This document shows, piece after piece, positions 1 to 9,807 of a stretch of 64,000 nt of DNA. A program made the position numbers and the translations under genes. The stretch is from Nitrospirota bacterium (lineage in GTDB: Bacteria; Nitrospirota; Thermodesulfovibrionia; UBA6902). Within the stretch, counting starts at the first letter, position 1. Each line of letters begins with the position of its first letter. The notes beneath the pieces are model-generated. The model ran no database searches, was not told the origin of the DNA, and saw only the letters and a list, made by a program, of their open reading frames with translations. The DNA lies in the NCBI GenBank assembly GCA_016222905.1, contig JACRPZ010000005.1, positions 66,346 through 130,345 on the forward strand. The letters are read 5' to 3'.

Positions 1-109
1 CACGCACATCCAGTATCTCAACCTCACCGGCCTTTTCCCCTTCTATCAGCTTTTTCGCATCAGCCGGCGTTATTGTCTCTACTTTTCTGAAGAGATCAGT
101 TATCTTCAT
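1..109 (-). CDS. Rhodanese-like domain protein, N-terminal part only (gene continues past window start)
   Basis: Hand translation from ATG (minus) at 109-107: MKITDLFRKVETITPADAKKLIEGEKAGEVEILDVR..., open to position 1. An AGGGAGGAAT Shine-Dalgarno lies just upstream (110-120). The ...ILDVR opening is typical of rhodanese modules. Below the ORF-track size cutoff. Confidence 0.45.
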   Translation of the reverse strand, partial: MKITDLFRKVETITPADAKKLIEGEKAGEVEILDVR

Positions 110-129
110 TATTCCTCCCTCAATGCGGA

Positions 130-594
130 TTACATGCTCTTCTTCAGCCTGTTCAGCCATACAACGTGACTCTTCTCTTCAATTATGATCTTGTCAATAA
201 GTTCCTTATCCTGAATCATTTCTCTCATGCTGTAGAAATAAAGAAGCGTCTCCTTCTCAAAAACAAGAGCAAATTTAACGGCTTCATCAGGTGTCTTTAT
301 ATGCTCAAGCGCAGGAAGGGACTTATTCTTTCCAAGAAAGAATTCCGATTCAACAATAGCCCTCAGGTAGTGAGAGACCTCTTCCCAGTCCTCTGCGCCT
401 CCGGTCCCTGCTTTTTCTCTCAATCCTGCAAAGAACTTTTCATGATGCAGTTCTTTTATCGCAAGGGTTTCAAAAAGCTTCCTGAGTTCCTCATGCTTTT
501 CAAACCTGCCTGCCATTTGATTATAAAATTCATACCCAAGCCTCTCTGTCTGAACAGCCTGCTCAATAACCTCGCTTACGGAAAAACTTCCCAT
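130..594 (-). CDS. Ferritin-like / rubrerythrin-family diiron protein
   Basis: 154-aa ORF. Helical protein with paired E/H motifs (EQAVQTERLGYEFY, IKELHHEKFF, EKETLLYFY, EEKSHVVWL), as in four-helix-bundle diiron proteins. Sits 20 nt upstream of the rhodanese-like ORF on the same strand. Confidence 0.6.
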   Translation of the reverse strand: MGSFSVSEVIEQAVQTERLGYEFYNQMAGRFEKHEELRKLFETLAIKELHHEKFFAGLREKAGTGGAEDWEEVSHYLRAIVESEFFLGKNKSLPALEHIKTPDEAVKFALVFEKETLLYFYSMREMIQDKELIDKIIIEEKSHVVWLNRLKKSM

Positions 595-772
595 GTTTCC
601 TCCTTATTATTCCATCTTTGTCTTTAGATAACTATAACAGAATGAATCAATTATGAATTCACAGCTCTTCAACTCTATTAATCCGGCATGAGCACTAATA
701 ATTATAGTGAGGCCTTGCAGACTTTCATCTGCACTTTGATTTATCAAACTATGTCGTCTGCTAAACGGCTAA

Positions 773-1132
773 TTACTTAGACTTTGCGTAGTCGATCATC
801 CCCTGAAAATCGATAACGACCGCGGGCTCGTCACCTACCACCCAGGCATCATGGCCAGACGGGAACAGCGAAACGTCGCCGGGCCGGCACTCAAGCTCGG
901 TCCCGTCGTCCATCAGGACCTTCAGCACCCCTGAAACGTGATACTGGAAGTGCGGAGCTTCGCAGCTCTTGGTCTTAGCGAGCGGCTGGATCGATGTCGC
1001 CCATCTCCAGCCAGGCTCAAAAATCGCGCGACCGACCATTGCTCCACCGATCTTGACGAGTTCCAGCCGGCCCTTTGGGAACTCCCTAACCTCATCTGGT
1101 TTACCGAAATGCTTTAACTCTGCCTTGTCCAT
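773..1132 (-). CDS. Cupin domain protein
   Basis: 119-aa ORF. Single small beta-barrel pattern (HFQYHVSG ... GDVSLFPSGHDAWVV) typical of cupins. Confidence 0.55.
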   Translation of the reverse strand: MDKAELKHFGKPDEVREFPKGRLELVKIGGAMVGRAIFEPGWRWATSIQPLAKTKSCEAPHFQYHVSGVLKVLMDDGTELECRPGDVSLFPSGHDAWVVGDEPAVVIDFQGMIDYAKSK

Positions 1133-1266
1133 TACGTACCTCCTTTTCTTTTAAACCTGTAATGAGTATCTATTAAGACTATAGCAAGAAGCTATGGTTG
1201 GGTCAATGCCGTTAGGAGGAACTATTAAGATAACTGCTGAATATAATTATATTCTTTGTTGGGCCT

Positions 1267-1689
1267 CTATTTTATATAGTAGCCGGAGACCCGCCACTTC
1301 TTGTCTTTCTCCATTAAGGGCGTGACTGTCTCTATTGATGCTTCCTTATTCTCAAAGGACGTCTGGAACTGGATGACAACATACTCGCCATCGGGTGCGC
1401 CGGGCAAAGAGGTTTTGTAGGTTTTCATCAGCACTTTTCTTGATATAAGTTTTCCAAGAGGCTTTCTTCCCGCCTGAAGTGAATTTACCCATTGTTCCTG
1501 AGTCAGCGCATTTCTGAAAAGCTCAGCGGCTTCCTTCCAGCTTTCGGCATATTTCCCTGCGTCAATAGAAGCGAGCCATTTCTCGGCTGCGGAAACAGCA
1601 GCCGCTTCTTTTCCGGCATCACTCGCCATGACAATGCCGCCTGACATAATCAATCCAAATATAACCATACATATCATTATACGAATCAT
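1267..1689 (-). CDS. Secreted hypothetical protein (DUF4019-like)
   Basis: ORF track gives 1267..1740. I prefer the ATG at 1689 (MIRIMICMVIFGLIMSGGIVMA, signal-like). It is preceded by a GGAGGGAAT RBS and removes the overlap with 1700..2095. The family call is from memory of DUF4019-type sequences. Confidence 0.5.
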   Translation of the reverse strand: MIRIMICMVIFGLIMSGGIVMASDAGKEAAAVSAAEKWLASIDAGKYAESWKEAAELFRNALTQEQWVNSLQAGRKPLGKLISRKVLMKTYKTSLPGAPDGEYVVIQFQTSFENKEASIETVTPLMEKDKKWRVSGYYIK

Positions 1690-1699
1690 TATTCCCTCC

Positions 1700-2095
1700 T
1701 CATTTAAATAGATCTTTGATATCTTTTTTTGTAAAATCATCCATCATTATTTTAGTTCCCTTTTTCATATTCTCTATCCCCATTTCTTCCTCCATGGCAT
1801 TTATTGCTTGTTTTCGGCCATTTCTAACAATCTCACGAATTCTTTTGACATATAATTGGCGTTCTTCTACTGATAAACATCTTTTTTCTTCCTGAATCTG
1901 ATTCAATATTTTTTGCTCTTCTGCATTTAAATTCTCTTTCATATCTTTTATTGCAGATTTATGTCTTGTAAGAGTGAAGGGAAGGATGATAGCAAGCAAT
2001 ATAAATATGAGAGCTATCACGAAGATAAAAATAAGGCACATAATTATGGGAACTGATAAATATGTTAACAAAAAGCCTGAGCCCACGAATTTCAT
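1700..2095 (-). CDS. Membrane-anchored hypothetical protein
   Basis: 131-aa ORF. N-terminal hydrophobic stretch (LLTYLSVPIIMCLIFIFVIALIFILLAIILPF) followed by a charged helical tail. No recognisable family. Confidence 0.4.
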   Translation of the reverse strand: MKFVGSGFLLTYLSVPIIMCLIFIFVIALIFILLAIILPFTLTRHKSAIKDMKENLNAEEQKILNQIQEEKRCLSVEERQLYVKRIREIVRNGRKQAINAMEEEMGIENMKKGTKIMMDDFTKKDIKDLFK

Positions 2096-2166
2096 ATGTT
2101 ATCCCATATTATTAAGTGATAAGACAAGTGTAGCAAAAGATGGCATAAAATGGAAAAATACACGCC

Positions 2167-3378
2167 TCAGGAAGCCCCCACTTTTCTGAGGTATTTTTTC
2201 GCAAAGATACCTGACGCTATAATACAGAGAACCCCTGCGGCTGTTACGGTATGCGTAGTTCCTGCTTTATCAGCAACAATCCCCATGATGGCATTGCCTA
2301 TAGGCACAGTGCCGAGGAAAATAAAAGAATAAACAGACATGACCCTGCCCCTCAGTTCATCAGGCACTGAGACCTGTATATAACTGTTTGCCGTTGCAAG
2401 ATAGCTGACCATCCCCAATCCCCCGAACATTATGGCTATCAAAGAAACGACAAATATCTTTGAAAATGAAAAAATAAACAACGATATTGAAAAACCGAGA
2501 CACGCGTAAGACATGAACCTTGTTTTGTTCTTTATGTCGCCCTTGACAGCAATAGCCAGCGCCGCCGTCAAAGCGCCTATTCCTGAGGCGCTAACGAGAA
2601 AGCCCAACCCTTTTGCTCCGCTGTGAAAGACCTCCTCCGCGAATACCGGGAGCAGACTGATATAGGGAAGTCCCGCGAGACTGAAGACAGTTATCAGTAG
2701 CATCACATGGATGATCTCCCTGCTCCCCTTCATATAACTTACGCCTTCCATGAAATCGCTCAGAAGTCCTTTAGAACCGGTTTTGATCTCACCCTTTATC
2801 CGCATACACGCAAGCGCCGCGATAACAGCGACAAAGCTCACGGCGTTCAGGAAGAAACAGGCGGGGATGCCGAGATAAGAGATTGCCAATCCTGCGATCA
2901 TAGGGCCGATTATCCTTGCGCCGTTGAAGGCTGCTGAATTAAGCGCAATGGCATTGACTATATGTCCCTTGCCTACCATCTCAGCAAGAAAAGACTGCCG
3001 TGTAGGAATGTCTATGGCATTTATCGTTCCGAGAAAAAAAGCGAGCGCGGCAACATGCCAGACGGTTGCTGTTCCAGTGTTTGTGAGAACGCCTAAAATG
3101 AGCGCTGGAATTATCGAAAGCGCCTGTGTGATCAGCAGGATATTTCTCTTTGGGAACCTGTCTGCGATAATGCCCCCGAGGAGGGTAAAAAGAAGAATGG
3201 GTAGGGAACTTGCAGCGGCGACCATTCCCAGGTAAAACGGCGATTTCGTCAGGCTGTAGACAAGCCATCCCTGGGCAACGGACTGCATCCAAGTCCCTGA
3301 AAGGGATATAAGCTGTCCGAACCAGAAGAGCCTGAAATCTCTGAATGAGAGCGCCCGGAATTTTTCCGAATTTAGCAT
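2167..3378 (-). CDS. MFS transporter
   Basis: 403-aa ORF with about 12 hydrophobic segments. N-terminus FRDFRLFWFGQLISLSGTWMQ and DRFPKR loop are typical of the MFS_3/EntS-like group. Confidence 0.75.
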   Translation of the reverse strand: MLNSEKFRALSFRDFRLFWFGQLISLSGTWMQSVAQGWLVYSLTKSPFYLGMVAAASSLPILLFTLLGGIIADRFPKRNILLITQALSIIPALILGVLTNTGTATVWHVAALAFFLGTINAIDIPTRQSFLAEMVGKGHIVNAIALNSAAFNGARIIGPMIAGLAISYLGIPACFFLNAVSFVAVIAALACMRIKGEIKTGSKGLLSDFMEGVSYMKGSREIIHVMLLITVFSLAGLPYISLLPVFAEEVFHSGAKGLGFLVSASGIGALTAALAIAVKGDIKNKTRFMSYACLGFSISLFIFSFSKIFVVSLIAIMFGGLGMVSYLATANSYIQVSVPDELRGRVMSVYSFIFLGTVPIGNAIMGIVADKAGTTHTVTAAGVLCIIASGIFAKKYLRKVGAS

Positions 3379-3614
3379 TATCTATAATAACCCTTTACGT
3401 AAATCCGGACAATCAAACCGCTCAAATATGAGGAAAAGGGGGCAAGGTGCAATGTCCCATGCTGCTCGGTGCGATCTTATGAATAGAGTTGTTCTTGCAA
3501 AATTTCATATCGATAAATTAAACTTGATAAGAATAATTCCATGCGCTCTATGTGCATACCCTTAGTTTCAGCGACCCCCTGGGTTAAACGCCCTGCGGTG
3601 TTACAATTAAATTT

Positions 3615-4556
3615 ATGATGAAGAAATTTTACGCGATAATTTTATGCGCCGCCTTGTGCGCATGCGCTCGTAATCCAGATGTGAAGATGGGAGAGTATTA
3701 CCCCACGCAGATCGAAAAACTCGACAACATAATTGCAGAGGTGGAACATAGGAACGATACACTGGAGCAGCATCCGGCGTGGATTTCGATGGCAAGCCAG
3801 GGGTTCCTGTTAAGCGATCTCTCCACTCTACGGGTTGATGCTTATGAAAATTACAGGAAATATCTCGATAATGGCGACCTTTATGTCATAGTCCATCCCG
3901 CATATTCCGTGTTTTTCAATAACGATGACCTCTATTCTGACTCAATAGGCACTGTCGACTCCTTTCTGAATGAAACGGCATACACAAAGAGTTCAAGATT
4001 AATCATGGAGCAGGAAAGGTCCTTACGGGATTTTCTCGAGATCACATCAACGCGTAATCGGCTTATCGTGCTCGTCCTGCCGAACAACGGTCAGCAATCC
4101 CGTGGCTCCATCTCCGGGGAGGGGAGAGATAAGTTTGCTCTCTATGTAAACAGTGTTACGAACGGTTCGGATTCAGTACTTTACCTGTACTCTGAAAAGC
4201 CTAACGGAGGCAAGCTCTCCGAAGGGTCAAAACAACAGCTTGTCGAATTCTTTATGGCAGTTGATCCGGAAAGGATCATTATAGGCGGCGGATATCTCGG
4301 AAGGTGTGTTGAGGATTTTTACAGAGATTTCTCGTCTTCGACTTTTGGAGAAAGAATGCTGATCTCCGGGGAGATCAGCTCCTTCAACATAGACGACCTG
4401 AAAGATCTCGACATCGATGATTTCCTTAAGGACGGAAAACTTAATATTGCGGCGCTCAGGGAAGTTGTCTCCTCAAAGAGTGCGGCAGGGATCACTTTCA
4501 AGGAAATCCTCAAGAACTATCAAAACTACAAAAACAACAAAGGACAGAGGGGATAG
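3615..4556 (+). CDS. Hypothetical lipoprotein
   Basis: 313-aa ORF. Signal plus lipobox (MMKKFYAIILCAALCAC). No recognisable catalytic motif. Confidence 0.5.
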   Translation: MMKKFYAIILCAALCACARNPDVKMGEYYPTQIEKLDNIIAEVEHRNDTLEQHPAWISMASQGFLLSDLSTLRVDAYENYRKYLDNGDLYVIVHPAYSVFFNNDDLYSDSIGTVDSFLNETAYTKSSRLIMEQERSLRDFLEITSTRNRLIVLVLPNNGQQSRGSISGEGRDKFALYVNSVTNGSDSVLYLYSEKPNGGKLSEGSKQQLVEFFMAVDPERIIIGGGYLGRCVEDFYRDFSSSTFGERMLISGEISSFNIDDLKDLDIDDFLKDGKLNIAALREVVSSKSAAGITFKEILKNYQNYKNNKGQRG

Positions 4557-4603
4557 CATAAAGGATAAGGGAATATGAGAAGAATGGTTTAAAAGAATGA
4601 AAT

Positions 4604-4650
4604 TGGTGGTGGTGGCTGGACTAGAACCAGCGACACTACGGTTATGAGCC
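4604..4650 (-). repeat. Partial duplicate of the 3' 47 nt of the tRNA(CAU) gene (att-like scar)
   Basis: TGGTGGTGGTGGCTGGACTAGAACCAGCGACACTACGGTTATGAGCC matches 5557-5603 at 44/47 positions in the same orientation. It covers the CCA end through the anticodon loop. No 5' half of a tRNA follows. Confidence 0.8.
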
Positions 4651-4663
4651 AAAAAATTTGGGG

Positions 4664-5368
4664 CTAAGACTTCTTTCTTTTTAGAAGATTTTCTATGGTT
4701 TCTACAAGTTTTTTTGGCGAGGTCATCATCTTTGACAAAAACTCGTCAGCGCCTGCATCGAGCACCTTATTAATGGTGTCTTGGGAGCTCTTTGAAGAAA
4801 ATACTATAACAGGAATATCTCGCCATTGTTCGGAAGCTTTAAGCATTGCCAGTACTTTAAAACCATCAATATTTTCCATGTGAAGGTCAAGGACTATTAA
4901 ATCTGTCTTGTCGACATTGAGATACTTAATAGCTTCATAACCGTCTTTTACTTCATTAACCTGAAAACCCTCTGATACCAGTTTGCTCTTGCATACTCTC
5001 CTTGAAGTATCACTATCTTCAACCAATAAAATGCACTTTTTCTCGGAATTGTCAGGGCTTGTTTGGGTAGCCAGGTATTCAATGTGCTTTTTTATAACAT
5101 CTTTCTGTTCATCGGTTAGTTCGACGAACTTCAGTCCCATGCCAACGCTTGGTTGATTATGCTGTATGTTCGCTTTTACGGTTATCGTAATATCTTTAAT
5201 AGGCAAGGTGACATCTACAATATTCCCAGGTGTAAATGAGCGGCCAGTATGGACATATAAACCCTCTTCACTTATGTCAATTCCCTTGACAAGAATCTTG
5301 TTATTAATAATGATATCTTTTAAAAATGGGATCCTCTTATGTTTTCGGAGTTCTTTTTTGTTATTCAT
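4664..5368 (-). CDS. PilZ domain + response-regulator receiver hybrid protein
   Basis: 234 aa. N-terminal PilZ motifs RKHKR (RxxxR) and DISEEG (DxSxxG). C-terminal REC domain (LLVEDSD, LIVLDLHMENIDG, VIVFSSK, FLSK). No output domain. Confidence 0.75.
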   Translation of the reverse strand: MNNKKELRKHKRIPFLKDIIINNKILVKGIDISEEGLYVHTGRSFTPGNIVDVTLPIKDITITVKANIQHNQPSVGMGLKFVELTDEQKDVIKKHIEYLATQTSPDNSEKKCILLVEDSDTSRRVCKSKLVSEGFQVNEVKDGYEAIKYLNVDKTDLIVLDLHMENIDGFKVLAMLKASEQWRDIPVIVFSSKSSQDTINKVLDAGADEFLSKMMTSPKKLVETIENLLKRKKS

Positions 5369-5556
5369 GCTAATGATTACCAGTTTTAACCTTCATCTAT
5401 TTCATTATACCAAAAGCTAACTTTTTGTATGGTAAAAGCCGTTAAATATCGTAACGTTACCGGAACAACTCATTGATGGAACCATAAACTAGCCGTGGTA
5501 AAATGGAAGCATCAGGTTTACGGAACAGCAACATTATGAGTTAAATGACAAGAAGT

Positions 5557-5633
5557 TGGTGGCGGTGGCTGGACTCGAACCAGCGACACTACGGATATGA
5601 GCCGTATGCTCTAACCGACTGAGCTACACCGCC
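5557..5633 (-). tRNA. tRNA with CAU anticodon (elongator Met, or Ile2 if lysidine-modified), encoded CCA
   Basis: The reverse complement GGCGGTGTAGCTCAGTCGGTTAGAGCATACGGCTCATATCCGTAGTGTCGCTGGTTCGAGTCCAGCCACCGCCACCA folds as a cloverleaf. It has a 7-bp acceptor stem, GCTC/GAGC D stem, TACGG/CCGTA anticodon stem, CTCATAT loop and GCTGG/CCAGC T stem. The 1-72 position is a G-C pair, so it is not an initiator. Confidence 0.9.
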
Positions 5634-5716
5634 TATGGAAAGGAAGCAAATCAGGGTCATAAGCTAACAAAACTAAGCGCTCAAAGTCAAATTAGTTAAG
5701 AACGCTGATGTTAACC

Positions 5717-5875
5717 AGAAAAATGCAGATATTGCTCAATCAGATAATTAACTCGATGAATTTATTGAAATAATATGCAGAAGGCTTTAAATAGAAGAGT
5801 GTGCGCTCATGATAGTTAATATTGTGACTAAGGTATCGTCCCGAAGCATCGGGATCACAACACCTGCATTTTTCT
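5717..5875. mobile_element. MITE-like element, copy A (159 bp, 17-nt terminal inverted repeats)
   Basis: Left end AGAAAAATGCAGATATT (5717-5733) matches the reverse complement of the right end AGAAAAATGCAGGTGTT (5859-5875) at 15/17. The internal segment GCTCAA..TTAACTCGATGAATTTATT is shared with the copy at 52864. It carries an internal hairpin, GTCCCGAAGCATCGGGAT. Confidence 0.6.
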
Positions 5876-5923
5876 TAATACATTTTTTGAATTAGGAACA
5901 CTTTTTGTCAGGAGAAATAAAAA

Positions 5924-8452
5924 CTAAAGCAGGAGCCCAAGATTTATTATCTCATCTCTCCAACTTGAGACCTTTTTTAAACTGAAATCCTGATAGGTTT
6001 GTACGCTATATCCATTATCTTTCAGATTTACAATAACCGCTCCGTCAATATCTGTTCTGTAAATCCTTGTGCCCGCAGCGTTATATCTTTCGAGTGTTGC
6101 CGGATTGGGATGATTATAAGCATTGTATTTGCCGACGCTTATAACTGCGGTCTGAGGAGCGACCGCTTTAATAAATCCTTCTGAACTCGATGTCCTCCCT
6201 CCATGATGGGGAACTTTTATTATATCGCTCTTAAGCCATTTTCTTAGAGGCATCAAACTTTCCTCAGCCTCTGCCTCAATATCGCCGGTAAAAAGTATCG
6301 AGGCTTTATCCGATTCAATCGTTAAAACAAGGGAGCCGCTATTGTAGTTTGAAAAGTCGCCGCGTTCTGAATCAGCAAAGAAATCATCATAAGGATGAAG
6401 CACTTGAATCTTATAATTATCTGTCCCAAGGACATCCCCGCGCCTCTTAACTTCATAATGAATTTTGCTCTCTTTTACCTTCTCAAAAAATATCTCTGAT
6501 TCAGGCGATATTTCTCCATTCAGCCAGATCTCTCCGATCTTAAAATTATCCATTAGGTAGAGAAAACCGCCGAAATGGTCCGGATGCGGGTGGGTTGCTA
6601 CAAGATAATCAACGCGCCTTATACCTTTTGACCATAGATGCGGGGCGATGACCCTCCTTCCCATATCAGGTTCATATTTTCCTCCGTCAATAAGCATCAC
6701 CCTTTTATCAGGCAATTCCACAAGGGCAGAGTCTCCCTGTCCAACATCAAGAAATGTGACTTTAAAGCTATCACCGGAGAGATAGGGGCTGATCATATAA
6801 ACGCAGAGAACCAAGAGGAGCGGTAGAAACCTCCATTTAGTTCCGTTTATGAAGATAAAGAGCAGGCCAAGATAATAGAGCGCAATAATTGAAAATGACG
6901 GGTCAGGGATATGGAGGCTTGCATAAGGTATGTCAGAAAAGAGTTTAATAAGGCGCAAAGAAAAATGTGTTGCCGCGTCAGTCAGCGGACTCAACGGCAT
7001 TGAAGAGATATTGGAGAAGAGCGCGGCAAAGCCTGTAAAAAAACCTAACGGCAATATTATAAAACATACCAAAGGGGTCACAATCAGATTTGTTAAGGGT
7101 GAATAGAGAGGGAATTGTTTAAAGACAAGGGCAATTAGCGGCGTGGTGCCTAAAACCGCCGCTGTGGTCATCAGCAAACCTGTTTTAGTCTGTTCAACCG
7201 CCTTTGTAATCAGCCGCCCGTCATCTTTGTTCTGCATCTCCGGCAAGGCTGGCTGACCGAGTTGATCTTGCTTCCTATTTTCAATCACATAGCCTAATGA
7301 AAGCACCGCCATAAAGGAGAGCTGAAATGAAAGCTCAAAGAGTGTGCCCGGGTTCCACAGCAGGATAATAACCGCTGCGATCGAGAGGGAATTCAGCCAC
7401 TCTCCTTCTCTTCCAAGGAAGAGCGCGAGCATATAGATAAAGATCATTATAAAAGAGCGGACGGTCGGCGTGCTCAATCCTGAAATCACGGCATAGAAGG
7501 CTAAAACAGGCAGGGTCAGCATAACAGCCGCTTGCGTTGGAGTTATATATAAACTTGCTCTTGAAAGAAACTTACCAGGCAGGGATTTGACCAGGGACTT
7601 TGTAAGCTTAAATATTATAAAGGCAAGCATGCCGAAATGCGTTCCTGAGATGCTCAGCAGATGCGCCAGTCCCGTAGCGCTGAACGCGTCTCTCATATCC
7701 TGCCCTATGCCCCTTTGAAATCCCAGTATTATCGCCTTGTGGAAAGATGCGTTCTCTGCTGAGAGGCTTTTATCTATTATTCCGCCTAACCGCTGACGCT
7801 CTTTATATATCCATGCTAACAGCCCCTTTCCTTTTTCCGTCACCTCCAGACCGGTTACATTGCCTGATGCCGCAATGCCTTCTTTCTTTAGATCGTATAA
7901 ATACACACCGGGGTTATGGAGAGGAGCAGGCTCTCTTAGTATTGCAACAGCACTGACCCTGTCGCCATATCCCGGCAAAAGATAATCCTTATCCTTATAA
8001 GCTTCTTCCGGTAAAAAGAGCCTAACTTTCCCATCTATCATCTTCCCGTTTATATATACATCACTAATGGTTAAGCGGAGATTCTCACCTGATATTTCCG
8101 GCACATCAACAACAATGCCCTGCACAACAGATGCCTTATCCGGCAGACGTATATCCTGAAGAGGCTCGCTTCTGATATGGCTATAGAGAAAGCCAAACGC
8201 GAATATGAATAGCAATATGAATGCCCTTACCTTATTCAGTCCTTCGACAAGCTCAGGATGACTGTCATGGTGAGCCTGTCGAACCATGGATTCCCGCCTG
8301 CGCGGGAATGACGAGAAAAGTTTTTTCAACGGTCTATCGAAGAATAAAAAAGCGGCGGTAATAAGAGAAAGAATGATTATTGAAAAAGGGAAGAACTGAA
8401 AGAAGTTGTAAGCTGCGATTCCAAGGATAAGAGATGCGGCCACACCTGTCAT
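5924..8452 (-). CDS. comEC: DNA internalisation competence protein ComEC/Rec2
   Basis: 842 aa. Polytopic competence domain plus C-terminal metallo-beta-lactamase domain ([19 protein letters not shown]). The start overlaps the glmM stop by 4 nt. Confidence 0.85.
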   Translation of the reverse strand: MTGVAASLILGIAAYNFFQFFPFSIIILSLITAAFLFFDRPLKKLFSSFPRRRESMVRQAHHDSHPELVEGLNKVRAFILLFIFAFGFLYSHIRSEPLQDIRLPDKASVVQGIVVDVPEISGENLRLTISDVYINGKMIDGKVRLFLPEEAYKDKDYLLPGYGDRVSAVAILREPAPLHNPGVYLYDLKKEGIAASGNVTGLEVTEKGKGLLAWIYKERQRLGGIIDKSLSAENASFHKAIILGFQRGIGQDMRDAFSATGLAHLLSISGTHFGMLAFIIFKLTKSLVKSLPGKFLSRASLYITPTQAAVMLTLPVLAFYAVISGLSTPTVRSFIMIFIYMLALFLGREGEWLNSLSIAAVIILLWNPGTLFELSFQLSFMAVLSLGYVIENRKQDQLGQPALPEMQNKDDGRLITKAVEQTKTGLLMTTAAVLGTTPLIALVFKQFPLYSPLTNLIVTPLVCFIILPLGFFTGFAALFSNISSMPLSPLTDAATHFSLRLIKLFSDIPYASLHIPDPSFSIIALYYLGLLFIFINGTKWRFLPLLLVLCVYMISPYLSGDSFKVTFLDVGQGDSALVELPDKRVMLIDGGKYEPDMGRRVIAPHLWSKGIRRVDYLVATHPHPDHFGGFLYLMDNFKIGEIWLNGEISPESEIFFEKVKESKIHYEVKRRGDVLGTDNYKIQVLHPYDDFFADSERGDFSNYNSGSLVLTIESDKASILFTGDIEAEAEESLMPLRKWLKSDIIKVPHHGGRTSSSEGFIKAVAPQTAVISVGKYNAYNHPNPATLERYNAAGTRIYRTDIDGAVIVNLKDNGYSVQTYQDFSLKKVSSWRDEIINLGLLL
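8241..8313. repeat. REP-like palindromic module inserted in frame inside comEC
   Basis: The GAGC(C/T)TGTCGAA motif occurs in inverted (8244-8255) and direct (8272-8283) copies, and again at 14345-14356. The hairpin GGATTCCCGCCTGCGCGGGAATGACG (8288-8313) resembles 12908-12937. Translates as [28 protein letters not shown] in ComEC. Confidence 0.65.
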
Positions 8453-9807
8453 TTCATGCTGGATTTAATAACTTCAGCGATATCTTCTGCAATTTCTGTT
8501 ATAACAGTCATATCATCGCCCTCAACCATCACCCTTATCTTAGGCTCTGTTCCTGAGGGCCTGACAAGGATCCTGCCGCTCCTGAGTTTCTTCTCGGCTT
8601 TTTTTATAGCGGCTGTGACAGCAGGCAATCCATTTATGCTGCCCGGCTTCTGCACTTTAACATTCACAAGCACCTGCGGATAGATCGGTATAACAGATGC
8701 AAGTTCGGAGAGGGTCTTGCCGGTTCTGGACATCACCGATAATATCTGAAGAGCCGTTATTGCTCCGTCTCCGGTTGTATTGTAATCCAGAAAGATAACA
8801 TGGCCTGACTGCTCGCCTCCTAAATTGCAGCCTCTTCTGAGCATCTCTTCAACAACATACCTGTCGCCGACCTGTGTCCTTATAACATTGATCCCCGCCT
8901 TATTCAGACATATCTCAAACCCTATATTGCTCATGACTGTGGCGACAACAGTTTTGGCTTTAAGTCTTCCCTCCCTCTTCATATCAAGGGCGCAGATCGC
9001 CATTATCTTGTCGCCGTCAACTATCTCCTGTTTTGCATCGCATAAAATGACCCTGTCAGCGTCGCCGTCATGCGCAATACCGATATCTGCCTTATGCTCC
9101 AGAACCGCTCTCTGCATGGCTTCAGGATGCGTTGCCCCGCAGTCAGCATTTATATTCTTCCCGTCCGGCGTGTTATTGATCGCTATAACATCAGCGCCAA
9201 GTTCGTGAAGCACTGACGGGGTTATCTTATATGCGGAACCATTGGCGCAGTCAACAACTATCTTCAAACCTTCCAGGGTCTTTCCTTTTGGAAATGTTGA
9301 CTTCACAAATTCTATATATCTGCCTGATGCGTCATCCACCCTGTGCGCCTTGCCGATCCCGTCCCCTTCAGGCCTTATCTTTTTAAGCTCACTCGAAAAG
9401 ACCGCTTTCTCTATCTCGCTCTCTATGCTGTCAGGCAGTTTCAGTCCGTCTGAGGAGAAGAATTTTATGCCGTTGTCATCATAAGGATTATGAGATGCCG
9501 ATATCACGATCCCCGCATCAACTCTCAGACTCCGTGTAACAAATGCTATGCCTGGTGTCGGCATGGGACCAACGAGTACAACATCCACACCCATAGAGCA
9601 TATGCCGGAGGTCAGGGCACTCTCAAGCATGTAACCCGAAAGCCTTGTATCTTTGCCTATCAGGATCATGTCCCTGCCGTGCTTCTTCTTTAGCACATAT
9701 GCTGCCGCCCTCCCGACTTCAAATGCCATCTCGCCGGTCATCGGATAATGATTGGCCTTGCCCCTTATGCCGTCTGTTCCGAATAATTTATTTTTCTTCA
9801 TCATCAT
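8449..9807 (-). CDS. glmM: Phosphoglucosamine mutase
   Basis: 452 aa. [10 protein letters not shown]-terminus and SASHNP phosphoserine motif. Lies downstream of cdaA-cdaR, as in the conserved operon. Confidence 0.9.
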   Translation of the reverse strand: MMMKKNKLFGTDGIRGKANHYPMTGEMAFEVGRAAAYVLKKKHGRDMILIGKDTRLSGYMLESALTSGICSMGVDVVLVGPMPTPGIAFVTRSLRVDAGIVISASHNPYDDNGIKFFSSDGLKLPDSIESEIEKAVFSSELKKIRPEGDGIGKAHRVDDASGRYIEFVKSTFPKGKTLEGLKIVVDCANGSAYKITPSVLHELGADVIAINNTPDGKNINADCGATHPEAMQRAVLEHKADIGIAHDGDADRVILCDAKQEIVDGDKIMAICALDMKREGRLKAKTVVATVMSNIGFEICLNKAGINVIRTQVGDRYVVEEMLRRGCNLGGEQSGHVIFLDYNTTGDGAITALQILSVMSRTGKTLSELASVIPIYPQVLVNVKVQKPGSINGLPAVTAAIKKAEKKLRSGRILVRPSGTEPKIRVMVEGDDMTVITEIAEDIAEVIKSSMK

